From assembly GCA_040767545.1 (NCBI GenBank), contig JAXGOK010000009.1:48390-112389 (forward strand): a DNA stretch of 64,000 nt. The letters run 5' to 3'. Below are positions 50,948 to 60,350 of this stretch, in pieces; position 1 is the first letter of the stretch, and each line of letters starts with the position of its first letter. The stretch comes from Aggregatilineaceae bacterium (GTDB lineage Bacteria; Chloroflexota; Anaerolineae; Aggregatilineales; Aggregatilineaceae). Both the position numbers and the translations under genes were made by a program. Below the pieces are notes generated by a model. The model worked only from the letters and a program-made list of their open reading frames with translations. It was not told where the DNA came from and searched no databases.

Positions 50948-51733
50948 TCAGGGATTGTCCTCGCCCGTCAGAGCGGCGATATGGACGGTGATACCCTCGC
51001 GTTCGAGGGCTTCGCGGTACTCCGCGCTAAGACCGTCGTCGGTCACGATGTCGGTCACGACGGACAGCGGCGCAACGCTGGCGAACGTCTTCAGCCCAAA
51101 CTTGCGGCTATCTGAGAGCAGAATCCGGCGCTGCGCGTTACGAATCATGGTGCGCTTGATCTGGGCATCGTCCGTATTGTACTCGGTCAGCCCGGCTTCC
51201 AGGTCCACGCCGCCGATGCCGAGGAACGCTTTGTCCACGTAGAACTGGCTGAAGGTGTACTCGGCGACCGGGCCGATCAGCGAGCGCTCGCCAGGGCGCA
51301 CGACACCGCCGCACAGCATCAGGCGGATGCCGGGCTGATCGGTGAGCAGGCTGGCGATGGGCAGGGCGTTGGTCAGCACGGTGATGTCCTGCAAGCCGAT
51401 CAGGTGGCGGGCCAGCTCCAGCGTGGTCGTGCCGATGTCCAGGGCGATGCTGTCGCCCTCGTGGACGAGCGAGGCGGCCAGCTTGCCGATGGCTCGCTTG
51501 GCTTCGGGCATCTCGTGGACGCGAGTCAGCACGGGCGGCTCGTAGCTGCGCCCGCGCGCGCTGACCGCCCCCCCGTGAATGCGCCGCAGCAGGCTCGCCT
51601 GTTCGAGGATGGTGAAATCGCGGCGAATGGTCATGTCCGACACGCCGAAGCGCTGGCACATCTCGGCGACGGTGACGACGCCCTGCTCGGCGATGATCTG
51701 CAAGATGATCTTCTGCCGCTCCTGGGCGATCAC
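50948..51733 (-). CDS. DeoR/GlpR family transcriptional regulator
   Basis: ERQKIILQIIAEQGVVTVAEMCQRFGVSDMTIRRDF is the HTH. The C-terminal part is a DeoR sugar-binding domain. Probable GTG start at 51733 after GAGGT. Confidence 0.85.
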   Translation of the reverse strand: MIAQERQKIILQIIAEQGVVTVAEMCQRFGVSDMTIRRDFTILEQASLLRRIHGGAVSARGRSYEPPVLTRVHEMPEAKRAIGKLAASLVHEGDSIALDIGTTTLELARHLIGLQDITVLTNALPIASLLTDQPGIRLMLCGGVVRPGERSLIGPVAEYTFSQFYVDKAFLGIGGVDLEAGLTEYNTDDAQIKRTMIRNAQRRILLSDSRKFGLKTFASVAPLSVVTDIVTDDGLSAEYREALEREGITVHIAALTGEDNP

Positions 51734-51856
51734 GGCACCTACCTCTTTTCTCTGCTTTCGTGTCAAAATACCAACACGAATCACTTGCGCTTTGTGTTGA
51801 ATTATGTTGAAATAGACACAAGGCGCAACAAACAGCCTTCTGTCATCACCTGCGGG

Positions 51857-52723
51857 CTAATGCCTGCGCGCGGGGATGACCAGCGCGTCAATCCAGTTGC
51901 GCAGCTCGGCCTCGCGGTAGAGCGGGTCGAGAATGTCCGGGCCGACGGCGAAGCGCTCGCGCAGCGCCGGGTCGTCGGGGTTGGCGTGCAGGGCGAACAT
52001 GGCGTCGGCATAAGCCTGCACATCATCGGCACTGGCAAAGAAGCCTTCCTTAACAAGTGGTTCGGCGCGGGCGCTGATCAGGCGGGCCATCTCGTAGAAA
52101 TTGTACTCCGGGTGGTACTGCGTGGCCCAGAAGGTGCCGTTCTTGTGCCTGACTTCGAGCGCCTGGACGTGGGTGTGCTCGTTGGTAGCCAGCAACGTGG
52201 CGCCGCGCGGCAGGGTGACGACCTCATCCAGGTGCATGATGAAGCCGTCGTACACGTCGGGCTTGCCGGCCAACAGCGGGTGCGTCTTGCCGGCGTCGGT
52301 GCGCGTGATGCGGCGGGCGATGGCCCACTCGCGGCCCTTCGGGTTCTTGCGCACTTCGCCGCCGGCGGCATAAGCGGCCATCTGGATGCCCCAGCAGCTT
52401 CCGTAGCAGGGCACGCCCGCCTCGAAGATGGCCCGCGAAAGCTCGACCTGGCGCGTCACGCGCGGGTCGTCGGTGTGGTAAATGGTCAGGTCCGAGCCGG
52501 TGAAGATGTAGGCGTCGTAAGAGCGCAGGTGAGCGCCGGCCGGCAGGGCGCTGTCCAGGTCGGCGGTGAAGAGCACGTCGAGCGTTGCCTGGGGCACATA
52601 GCTGCGCAGGAAGCGGGCGTACATGTCGTGGGGGTGGCCCACGTTGGCGGCGTCGAAGCGCTCGCGGCTGCTCTTGGGGTAGCCATTGAGGATGGCAATC
52701 GCGAGCTTCAAATCGTTGTGCAT
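51857..52723 (-). CDS. class-I glutamine amidotransferase-like protein (possible gamma-glutamyl amide hydrolase)
   Basis: Nucleophile elbow GSCWGIQ and the His-Glu pair in QYHPE. 288 aa. Confidence 0.75.
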   Translation of the reverse strand: MHNDLKLAIAILNGYPKSSRERFDAANVGHPHDMYARFLRSYVPQATLDVLFTADLDSALPAGAHLRSYDAYIFTGSDLTIYHTDDPRVTRQVELSRAIFEAGVPCYGSCWGIQMAAYAAGGEVRKNPKGREWAIARRITRTDAGKTHPLLAGKPDVYDGFIMHLDEVVTLPRGATLLATNEHTHVQALEVRHKNGTFWATQYHPEYNFYEMARLISARAEPLVKEGFFASADDVQAYADAMFALHANPDDPALRERFAVGPDILDPLYREAELRNWIDALVIPARRH

Positions 52724-52854
52724 GGCGGATTGTTCCTTTTCAAACAGAGTCTGTGCACTTCCGAAAATACATCATGTGGCCGAAAAATACTACCCCTTGT
52801 CGTTGCGGAAGCGCGTCGAACTCGGTGGAAATGGCGTTGGTGCTGGCTGCCGTG

Positions 52855-52990
52855 TCACCCCCCATCCCCCGACCCCTTCCCCCACGCAAGCGGAGGGAAG
52901 GGGTGCAGACCTGCGTTTCCGTTCCCTCTGCGGGGAAGGGTCGGGGTGAGGGCGAGTCCCCTTCCGAAGCCTTGCGGACTTCGGAAGCCT
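52855..52990. repeat. family-B element followed by a family-D unit
   Basis: CCCCCCATCCCCCGACCCCTTCCCCC...GGGGAAGGGTCGGGGTGAGGG, then CCTTCCGAAGCCTTGCGGACTTCGGAAGCC. Confidence 0.65.
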
Positions 52991-53097
52991 GGTGCGCGCC
53001 ACGCCTGCCGGGCCAGCCGCGCGCCTACCCGCCCGGCGTTCTGACCCGTAATCTTTGCTTCACTACGTCGCCTGCACCGTCATGAGGAAGGTTCACC

Positions 53098-55017
53098 ATG
53101 CCCTACGGGTATCACGGCAAGATACTGCACGTCAACCTGACCACTGGCAGCCTGACCGTCGAGGAGCCGGACGAGGTCTTCTACCGCACGTACATGGGCG
53201 GCAGCGCGATGGGGCTGTACTACTTGCTCAAGAACTCGCCCCCCGGCACCGATCCGCTGGCTCCCGAAAACACCCTGGCCCTGATGGATAGTGTGCTGAC
53301 CGGCCTGCCCATTGCCGGGCAGAGCCGCATGTGCGCGACGGCGCGCTCGCCGCTGACCGGCATGGTCGGCGACTCGCAGTGCGGCGGCTTTTGGCCGGCG
53401 GAATTGAAGTTCAGCGGGTTCGATGGCATTGTCATCTGGGGCCGCGCAGAGCAGCCTGTCTACCTGTGGGTGCACGACGGCCAGGCCGAGCTACGCGACG
53501 CCGCGCACCTGTGGGGCCGCGTGACTCATGACGTGCAGCGCGCGCTGGAGGACGAGCTAGGCGACAGACGCATCCAGGTGCTGGGCATTGGCCCGGCGGG
53601 CGAGAATGGCGTTCGCTTCGCGGCGATGATGAACATGTCCAACCGCGCCAACGGGCGTACCGGCATGGGCGCGGTGATGGGCAGCAAGAACCTGAAGGCC
53701 ATCGCCGTGCGTGGCAGGCAGCGCCCGGAGGTCTTCGACGGCGAGGTGCTCAAGGCCCTGGCGAAGTGGGGCGCGGAGAACACCGAAGACGTGATGGGTG
53801 GCATGACCCGGCTGGGCACGACCGGCCTGATCCGCACGCAGCAGGGGCGCGGCGGGCTGCCCGGCTACAACTACGATAGCGGCGTCTTCGATGACTTTGA
53901 GGGCATCAGCGGCCAGACCATGTGCGACACGATCCTCAAGGGCAACGACACCTGTTACGCCTGCACGGTGCGCTGCAAGCGCGTGGTAGAGAACGAGGAA
54001 GGCCCCTACAAGCTCGACCCGGCTTACGGCGGGCCGGAGTACGAGTCGCTGAGCATGTTAGGCTCGTACTGCGGCATCTCTGACCTCAAGGCAGTCGCCT
54101 ACGCCAACCAGTTGTGCAACATGTACGGCATGGACACGATGTCCTGCGGCGCGACCATCGCCTGGGCGATGGACTGTTACGCACACGGGATCATCACCAA
54201 AGCGGACACCGGCGGCCTGGCCCTGAATTACGGTGACGGCGAGGTGTTGACTCGCCTGGTGGAGATGATCGCCCGGCGCGAGGGCTTCGGCGACGTGCTG
54301 GCTGAGGGGTCGGCCAGGGCCGCGCGGCGCTTCGGCCCCGCCGCCGAAGACCTGCTGATCACCGTCAAGGGATCGGAGATGCCCGCGCACATGCCGCAGG
54401 TCAAGCGCAGCCTGGCCCTGATCTACGCCGTCAACCCGTTCGGCGCGGATCATATGTCCAGCGAGCACGACGGCAGCTACACCGAGTACAACGCGCGCAT
54501 CGCCGAGCTTGGGCTGTTCGACCCGCAGCCGGCACGCGTGCTCAACGCGGAGAAAGTGCGCTACGCCTTCTACACGCAGTGCACCTACAGTATGCTGGAC
54601 ACGCTCGACCTGTGCCAATTCGTGTGGGGGCCGGACTGGCAGCTTTTCAGCCTGAGCCAACTGGTTGAGTTCGTGCGGGCGGTGACCGGCTGGCCGGTGA
54701 CGGTCTTCGAGCTGCAGAAGCTCGGCGAGCGCCGCCTGAACATGCTGCGTGCCTTCAACGCGCGCGAGGGCTTCGGGCGCGACCAGGACACCATCCCCAA
54801 GAAGCTGACCAAGCCGCTCAAGGGTGGGTCGAGCGATGGGCTGTTCGTGACCGTCGAAGAAGTTGAGCGGGCCAAAGACATCTACTACGGCATGGCCGGC
54901 TGGGACGTGGCGACGGGGATGCCCGTGCGCGCCAAGCTGGAGGAGCTGGGCATCGGCTGGGTGGCCGGTGAACTGGAGACCGCCTGCGCCGTCCCGGAGG
55001 CGGCGAGCGATGACTGA
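53098..55017 (+). CDS. aldehyde:ferredoxin oxidoreductase family (tungsto-/molybdopterin enzyme)
   Basis: The N-terminal YHGKILHVNLTTGSLTVEE and GGSAMGLYYL match the AOR N domain. The [4Fe-4S] Cys cluster is in DTCYACTVRCKR. 639 aa. Confidence 0.9.
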   Translation: MPYGYHGKILHVNLTTGSLTVEEPDEVFYRTYMGGSAMGLYYLLKNSPPGTDPLAPENTLALMDSVLTGLPIAGQSRMCATARSPLTGMVGDSQCGGFWPAELKFSGFDGIVIWGRAEQPVYLWVHDGQAELRDAAHLWGRVTHDVQRALEDELGDRRIQVLGIGPAGENGVRFAAMMNMSNRANGRTGMGAVMGSKNLKAIAVRGRQRPEVFDGEVLKALAKWGAENTEDVMGGMTRLGTTGLIRTQQGRGGLPGYNYDSGVFDDFEGISGQTMCDTILKGNDTCYACTVRCKRVVENEEGPYKLDPAYGGPEYESLSMLGSYCGISDLKAVAYANQLCNMYGMDTMSCGATIAWAMDCYAHGIITKADTGGLALNYGDGEVLTRLVEMIARREGFGDVLAEGSARAARRFGPAAEDLLITVKGSEMPAHMPQVKRSLALIYAVNPFGADHMSSEHDGSYTEYNARIAELGLFDPQPARVLNAEKVRYAFYTQCTYSMLDTLDLCQFVWGPDWQLFSLSQLVEFVRAVTGWPVTVFELQKLGERRLNMLRAFNAREGFGRDQDTIPKKLTKPLKGGSSDGLFVTVEEVERAKDIYYGMAGWDVATGMPVRAKLEELGIGWVAGELETACAVPEAASDD

Positions 55018-56404
55018 GTCAAGTGCGGGCCTGCTGAGCCGCGAGGCGCTGGCGACTGCCGTTGATCGCGGCGAGATCGCGACGGTGCTGGTCGGCTTCC
55101 CCGACATGTACGGGCGGCTGCTCGGCAAGCGTTACGACGCGCGCCACTTCCTGGCGACGGCGGATCACGGCCTGCACTTCTGCGACTACCTGCTCGCCTG
55201 CGACCTGGCTATGGACCCCGCGCCCGGCTACCGCTACACCAGTTGGGAGGCGGGCTACCATGACGCCTGGGGTGTGGTGGACTGGGCGACGCTGCGCCGC
55301 GCGACATGGCTGGATCGCTCGGCGCTGGTGCTGTGCGATGTGCGCGACCATGCGACGGGCGCACTGGTGCCCATCGCCCCGCGCTCGGTGCTGCGCCGCC
55401 AGATCGAGCGGGCTGCGGCGGCGGGCTTCGTCGCGATGGGCGCGACCGAGCTTGAGTTCTTCGTCTTCCAGGAGAGCTACGACTCCGCCCGCGAGAAGCA
55501 CTACCACGACCTGCGCACCTTCGGCGCGTATATCGAGGACTATCACCTGTTGCAGGGCGGCAAAGTCGAGGGGCTGCTCGGTCCCATCCGCGCCCATCTG
55601 CATGACTCCGGCATCCCGGTCGAGTTCAGCAAAGGGGAGTGGGGCGCGGGCCAGGAGGAGATCAACATCCGCTACTGCGACCTGCTGACTATGGGCGACC
55701 GGACGGTGGTCTTCAAGCAGATGGCCAAAGAGATCGCCATCCAGCAAGGGCTGGCGCTGACCTTCATGGCCAAGTGGGACGAGCGTCACGCGGGCAGCAG
55801 TATGCACCTGCACATGAGCCTGTGGGACGCGAGCCGCGCGCACAATGCGTTCGCTGGGCAGGGTGTGCCAATGGAGGGGCTGCCCGTCGCCGCCAGCGAC
55901 ACCTTCCGCTGGGCGGCGGGCGGGATGATGGCCCATGCCCGCGCGCTGACCCTGTTCTTCGCGCCGACGGTGAACTCGTACAAGCGCTTCCAGGCGGAGT
56001 CTTTTGCGCCGACGGCGATCACATGGGGTTACGACAACCGCACGACCGGCTTCCGTATCGTCGGGAGCGGGGATGGGCTGCGCATTGAGTGCCGCATTCC
56101 CGGCGCGGACGCCAACCCGTACCTGGCCCAGGCTGCGCTGCTGGCAGCGGCGCTGGACGGGATCGAGCGGCGCATCGAGCCGCCGCCGCTGTTCGGGGGC
56201 AATGCCTACGTCCTCAGCGACGTGCCGCGCGTGCCGCGCTCGCTGCCGGAAGCTATTGCCGCCTTCGAGGGCAGCGACCTGGCGCGGACGGCGTTCGGCG
56301 AGGACGTGGTCGAGCATTACCTGCACTTCGCGCGCACTGAGCAGCGCAAGGCCGATGAAGTGGTCACCTGCTGGGAGCGCGCGCGTTACTTTGAGCAGAT
56401 TTAA
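55010..56404 (+). CDS. glutamine synthetase-like gamma-glutamyl-amine ligase (PuuA/GlnA-like family)
   Basis: GS catalytic motifs are EWGAGQEEINIRY, GSSMHLHMSLW, NSYKRF, DNRTTGFRI and ADANPYLAQAALLAAALDGI. 8-nt overlap with the AOR gene. Confidence 0.85.
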   Translation: MTESSAGLLSREALATAVDRGEIATVLVGFPDMYGRLLGKRYDARHFLATADHGLHFCDYLLACDLAMDPAPGYRYTSWEAGYHDAWGVVDWATLRRATWLDRSALVLCDVRDHATGALVPIAPRSVLRRQIERAAAAGFVAMGATELEFFVFQESYDSAREKHYHDLRTFGAYIEDYHLLQGGKVEGLLGPIRAHLHDSGIPVEFSKGEWGAGQEEINIRYCDLLTMGDRTVVFKQMAKEIAIQQGLALTFMAKWDERHAGSSMHLHMSLWDASRAHNAFAGQGVPMEGLPVAASDTFRWAAGGMMAHARALTLFFAPTVNSYKRFQAESFAPTAITWGYDNRTTGFRIVGSGDGLRIECRIPGADANPYLAQAALLAAALDGIERRIEPPPLFGGNAYVLSDVPRVPRSLPEAIAAFEGSDLARTAFGEDVVEHYLHFARTEQRKADEVVTCWERARYFEQI

Positions 56405-56405
56405 G

Positions 56406-56446
56406 CCTGACCTCACCCCCGCTCGGCGCGGTCAGGGGGTGAGGCA
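56406..56446. terminator. family-A hairpin downstream of the GS-like gene
   Basis: CCTGACCTCACCCCC-GCTCGGCGCG-GTCAGGGGGTGAGGCA starts 2 nt after the stop. Terminator function is inferred from position. Confidence 0.5.
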
Positions 56447-56538
56447 AACCGTAGGGGCGTTGCTCTGCTGCGCCCACCGAAGGGCAATTGTTTCTTGCGG
56501 CTTGTGCGTATTCACACAGAAGGAGCTTGCAAAGGATT

Positions 56539-57303
56539 ATGCGACTCGAAAACAAGGTAGCTTTGATCACCGGTGCGGGGAGCGGCCTGGGCCGCGAGAC
56601 GGCGCTGCTCTTCGCCAAAGAGGGCGCGCGCCTGGTGCTCAACGACGTGGTGGCCGAGACCGTCGAGGAGACCGCGCAGATGATCGTCAGCGCGGGCGGC
56701 CAGGCGATTGCCGTGCAGGGTAGCGTGGCCGTTGATGCCGATGTCGAGAAGACGGTCAAGGCGGGCGTGGCTAAGTTCGGCAAGGTGGACACGCTCTTCA
56801 ACAACGCGGGGATCATGCCCAACGAAGATGTCTCCGTGCTGACGATGGAGCAGGACGTGTGGCGGCGCATCCTGGACGTGAACGTGCAGGGCGTGGCGCT
56901 GTGCTGCAAGTACGGCATCCCGGAGATCATCAAGGCGGGCGGCGGCGCGGTGGTCAACGTGGCCTCGTTCGTGGCTCTGGTCGGCTGTTCCGTCCCGCAG
57001 GACGCTTACACGGCCAGCAAGGGCGCGGTCATCGCTCTGACTCATTCGCTGGCGGTGCAGTTCGGCCCCAAGAAGGTGCGCTCCAACGCCATCTGCCCCG
57101 GCCCGATCATCACGCCGCTGATGGAGACGCTCTTCGCCACAGAAGCGGCCAAGATGCTGCGCCTCAACCGCATCCCGATGGGGCGCTTCGGCCAGCCGCC
57201 GGATGTGGCCTATGCCGCGCTGTACCTGGCGTCGGACGAGGCGTCGTGGGTGAACGGGGCAAGCCTCGTTGTGGATGGTGGGATCACACACAACTACTTC
57301 TAG
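56539..57303 (+). CDS. short-chain dehydrogenase/reductase (SDR)
   Basis: ATG at 56539 after AGGAG. Cofactor motif [15 protein letters not shown], and catalytic YTASKGAV. Confidence 0.9.
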   Translation: MRLENKVALITGAGSGLGRETALLFAKEGARLVLNDVVAETVEETAQMIVSAGGQAIAVQGSVAVDADVEKTVKAGVAKFGKVDTLFNNAGIMPNEDVSVLTMEQDVWRRILDVNVQGVALCCKYGIPEIIKAGGGAVVNVASFVALVGCSVPQDAYTASKGAVIALTHSLAVQFGPKKVRSNAICPGPIITPLMETLFATEAAKMLRLNRIPMGRFGQPPDVAYAALYLASDEASWVNGASLVVDGGITHNYF

Positions 57304-57701
57304 AATCTGGCGCGATGTTCGTTCAATGTGCGCGAATCAACGTGCGCATGTTGGTTCTTGGTGGCATAACGGCGCGTTTTATCATACAATGGCGGTATGG
57401 GCGGAGGACGTGCCGGGAACGGGCTGACTCGCTGCACTGGCAGGTGCTGTCTGTGCCTATCCGCGCGACATCAAGCGTTGTGCATGTCACCTAGGTAGAT
57501 GACTGTTCTGGATGTGTACGCCATGAGGCGAAAGGAGGCCGCCATCGGCTGAGAATGGGGGACAAGGTTAGTCGGATTTCATGTGTGTAAGCTCAGTTTC
57601 AAGTTGTGTTAGGGCGGATTTAGCGCGCGCGGTGTATTCTGAAGGAGTGTGCCGCAAGGGCGCGATTCGTCCGCAGATTACCAGACTTAAGGAGAAGATC
57701 G

Positions 57702-59054
57702 ATGAAAAAGCTCGTGTTCCTGTCTATCGCATTGGTTATGGTGATCGCCCTGGCCCTGCCAGCGTCGCCGATCAGCGCGCAGGAAAAGACCAAGATTGAT
57801 GTCTGGATCGCCTTCCAGGACTATCGCTGGGACTGGGCCAAGGATGTCGCGGCTGAGTTCAATGCGATGTTCCCGCAGTATGAAGTCGTCGTCACCGGCG
57901 GCTACAGCTACGAGACCATGTTCGCCCAGGTCGCCGTGGCTGCCGAGCAGGGTCAGCTTCCTGCCGTCGTGCAGTACTTCGAGGCGGCCACGCAGGACGC
58001 GCGCGATAGCGGGCTGTTCAAGCCGATCGCCGATGCTCTTGAGGGCCGCACCGAGATCAACGGGCTGAATGTGGACATGGAAGACTACGTCGCCCCGGTG
58101 ATCGCCTACTACACCCTCGATGGCAAGTTCACCTCCATGCCCTGGAACACCTCCTCGGCGATCATGTTCACGAACATGAACTACCTGCGGGCCGCGGGCT
58201 GGGACAAGCCGCCGGCGACCTGGCAAGAGATTGACGCTGCCTGCGAAGCGGTTATGGCCCTGGACAACGCGCCTGAGTACTGCTGGACCTTCCCCAACCA
58301 CGGCTGGTTCTTCGAGCAGTGGCTGGCCGTTCAGGACGCGCTGTATGTTAACAACGGCAATGGCCGCGAGGAGCGCGCGACCGAAGTAGCCTTCAACAGT
58401 GACGCCGGTGTGGCCATCCTGGAATGGCTGGACGACCAGTTCAACAAGGGCTACCTGTACTACAGCGGCGCGCAGGGTGGTGACTCCTGGTCCACCGTTG
58501 ACCAGGCCTACTCGACGCAGCAGGTCGCTATCGCTGTCTACAGCAGCTCGGACACCACCCTCTACACCGAAATGGGTGAGGAAGGCGGCTTCGAGAGCCT
58601 GGCCTCGTTCTACCCCTACAACGGCGAGGTCGGCTGGACGGGCAACCTGATCGGCGGCGCGACGCTGTGGCTGGTGGACGGCCTCGACCCGGCGGTTGAA
58701 GAAGGCGCGCTGGCCTTCCTGGTGTACTTCACCAACACCGAGAATGCCGCTGACTGGCACCAGGTCACCGGCTACATCCCGATCCGCATGAGCGCCTACC
58801 AGATGCTGATTGACGAAGGCTACTACGAGGCCAATCCGAATCAGACGGTGGCGCTGGAGCAGCTTGCCCAGAGCACGATCACCCCGGCGACCAGCGGCGC
58901 GCTGGTGGGCGGCTTCCCGGCCATCCGCAATCTGGTCACTGCCGCGATTGACCGCGTGCTGCTGACCGACGACGACCCGGCAGAAGTCCTCGCACAGGCG
59001 GCTGCTGAGTCCAACGTGATCATCGAAGAGTACAACCTGCTGAACGCGCCGTAA
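57702..59054 (+). CDS. ABC transporter substrate-binding protein, family 1 (sugar/glycerophosphodiester, UgpB-like)
   Basis: Signal peptide MKKLVFLSIALVMVIALALPASPISA. KIDVWIAF...EFNAMFPQYEVVV is typical of SBP_bac_1. AAGGAGAAG RBS. Confidence 0.9.
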   Translation: MKKLVFLSIALVMVIALALPASPISAQEKTKIDVWIAFQDYRWDWAKDVAAEFNAMFPQYEVVVTGGYSYETMFAQVAVAAEQGQLPAVVQYFEAATQDARDSGLFKPIADALEGRTEINGLNVDMEDYVAPVIAYYTLDGKFTSMPWNTSSAIMFTNMNYLRAAGWDKPPATWQEIDAACEAVMALDNAPEYCWTFPNHGWFFEQWLAVQDALYVNNGNGREERATEVAFNSDAGVAILEWLDDQFNKGYLYYSGAQGGDSWSTVDQAYSTQQVAIAVYSSSDTTLYTEMGEEGGFESLASFYPYNGEVGWTGNLIGGATLWLVDGLDPAVEEGALAFLVYFTNTENAADWHQVTGYIPIRMSAYQMLIDEGYYEANPNQTVALEQLAQSTITPATSGALVGGFPAIRNLVTAAIDRVLLTDDDPAEVLAQAAAESNVIIEEYNLLNAP

Positions 59055-59077
59055 CCCGACGCGCCTCAGCACCAGTC

Positions 59078-60346
59078 ATGGAGGGGCGGCAGCACGCCGC
59101 CCCTCCGCGATCGGGTTTCTTTCTTGTAGCAGAAAGAAAAAACATCATCATGGTCGTCTCTCCCGTAGTTCTTATGATCATGGGTGCGGTAGTGGGCGCC
59201 GCTGCTCTGGCATTTGCCTTCCAGCGAGCGGGTGGTCGCCTGCTGTTTGGGCTGGGGATTGGAGCCATCGCCGGGGCGTTTGGCTCGGCGCTGTTCATGG
59301 TGCCGCTGGACTACTGTACTTTCGAGGCCGAGCGCGAGTCCCTGGATCGTGTGTTCGGGGCGATCTTCGTGCTGGCAGGCATTGCCCTTGTCGTGATGCC
59401 TGTGGGCTGGCTGAGCGGCAAGCTGCTGCGCCGCGAGAGCCTGATGTCCGGCGAACAGACGCAGGGGACGTTCAGGCACTGGTGGATCGCCCTGCCCTTG
59501 CTGGCGCCAACGCTAACCATTCTTGTCCTGTTCCTGTACTACCCCTCGCTGGAGACGCTGCGCCTTTCAACCATGCTGTCGCGGCTGGGAGCACGGCGCG
59601 AGGTCTTCGTGTGTGTGGACAACTTCACCCGGCTGGTGGACGATCCCGCCTATGTGGATACGTTCATCCGCACGATGTACATCTCATTCTTCATCGTCGT
59701 GCTGAGCATGGGCCTGTCGCTGCTGATTGCCACGATGGCCTACTTGCCGCTGCGCGGCGCGTCCATCTACCGGGTTCTGCTCGTCTGGCCCTACGCCATG
59801 TCGCCAGCGGTGGCGGGCATCATCTTCCTGCTGATGTTCAACCCGTCGGGAGGGATGGTTAACTACCTCTTTGGCAAGTGGTTCGGCATCAAGCTGGGCT
59901 GGCTCAACGACCCGAAGGTGGCCCCCTGGACAGTCATCCTGGCCAGCGTATGGAAGTCTATGGGCTTCAACATCCTGTTCTACATTGCCGGGCTGCAAAA
60001 CGTGCCCAAAGACCTGATCGAGGCAGGCGCGATTGATGGCGCGGGAGTGCTGCGGCGCTTCTGGCACATTGTCTGGCCCATGCTCTCGCCGATCACATTC
60101 TTCCTGATCGTCACCAATCTGACGTATGCCTTCTTCGAGACGTACGCCACCATTGACTACCTGACACCCGGCGGCGGGCCTCTCCAGTCCACGACGACCA
60201 TGATGTATCGGGTCATCCAACTGGGCGTGCAGAATAACGACATGGGCAAGGCTGCTGCACAGTCCATCGTGCTCTTCCTGACGGTCATCGGCATGACGAT
60301 TGTGCTGTTCCGGACCGGCGGGCGGCAGGTCAATTACGGAGTGTGA
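59078..60346 (+). CDS. ABC sugar-type permease (UgpA/MalF-like) with N-terminal extension
   Basis: EAA-region motif EAGAIDGAGVLRRFWHIVWPMLSP. The start is uncertain (ATG at 59078 or 59150). Confidence 0.8.
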   Translation: MEGRQHAAPPRSGFFLVAERKNIIMVVSPVVLMIMGAVVGAAALAFAFQRAGGRLLFGLGIGAIAGAFGSALFMVPLDYCTFEAERESLDRVFGAIFVLAGIALVVMPVGWLSGKLLRRESLMSGEQTQGTFRHWWIALPLLAPTLTILVLFLYYPSLETLRLSTMLSRLGARREVFVCVDNFTRLVDDPAYVDTFIRTMYISFFIVVLSMGLSLLIATMAYLPLRGASIYRVLLVWPYAMSPAVAGIIFLLMFNPSGGMVNYLFGKWFGIKLGWLNDPKVAPWTVILASVWKSMGFNILFYIAGLQNVPKDLIEAGAIDGAGVLRRFWHIVWPMLSPITFFLIVTNLTYAFFETYATIDYLTPGGGPLQSTTTMMYRVIQLGVQNNDMGKAAAQSIVLFLTVIGMTIVLFRTGGRQVNYGV

Positions 60347-60350
60347 GGCC

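Noticed and set aside
57400-57470. A segment with weak resemblance to SRP/4.5S RNA (GGCAGGTGCTGTC).
   Set aside because: The conserved domain IV core (GGUCCGGAAGGAAGCAGCC-like) is absent.
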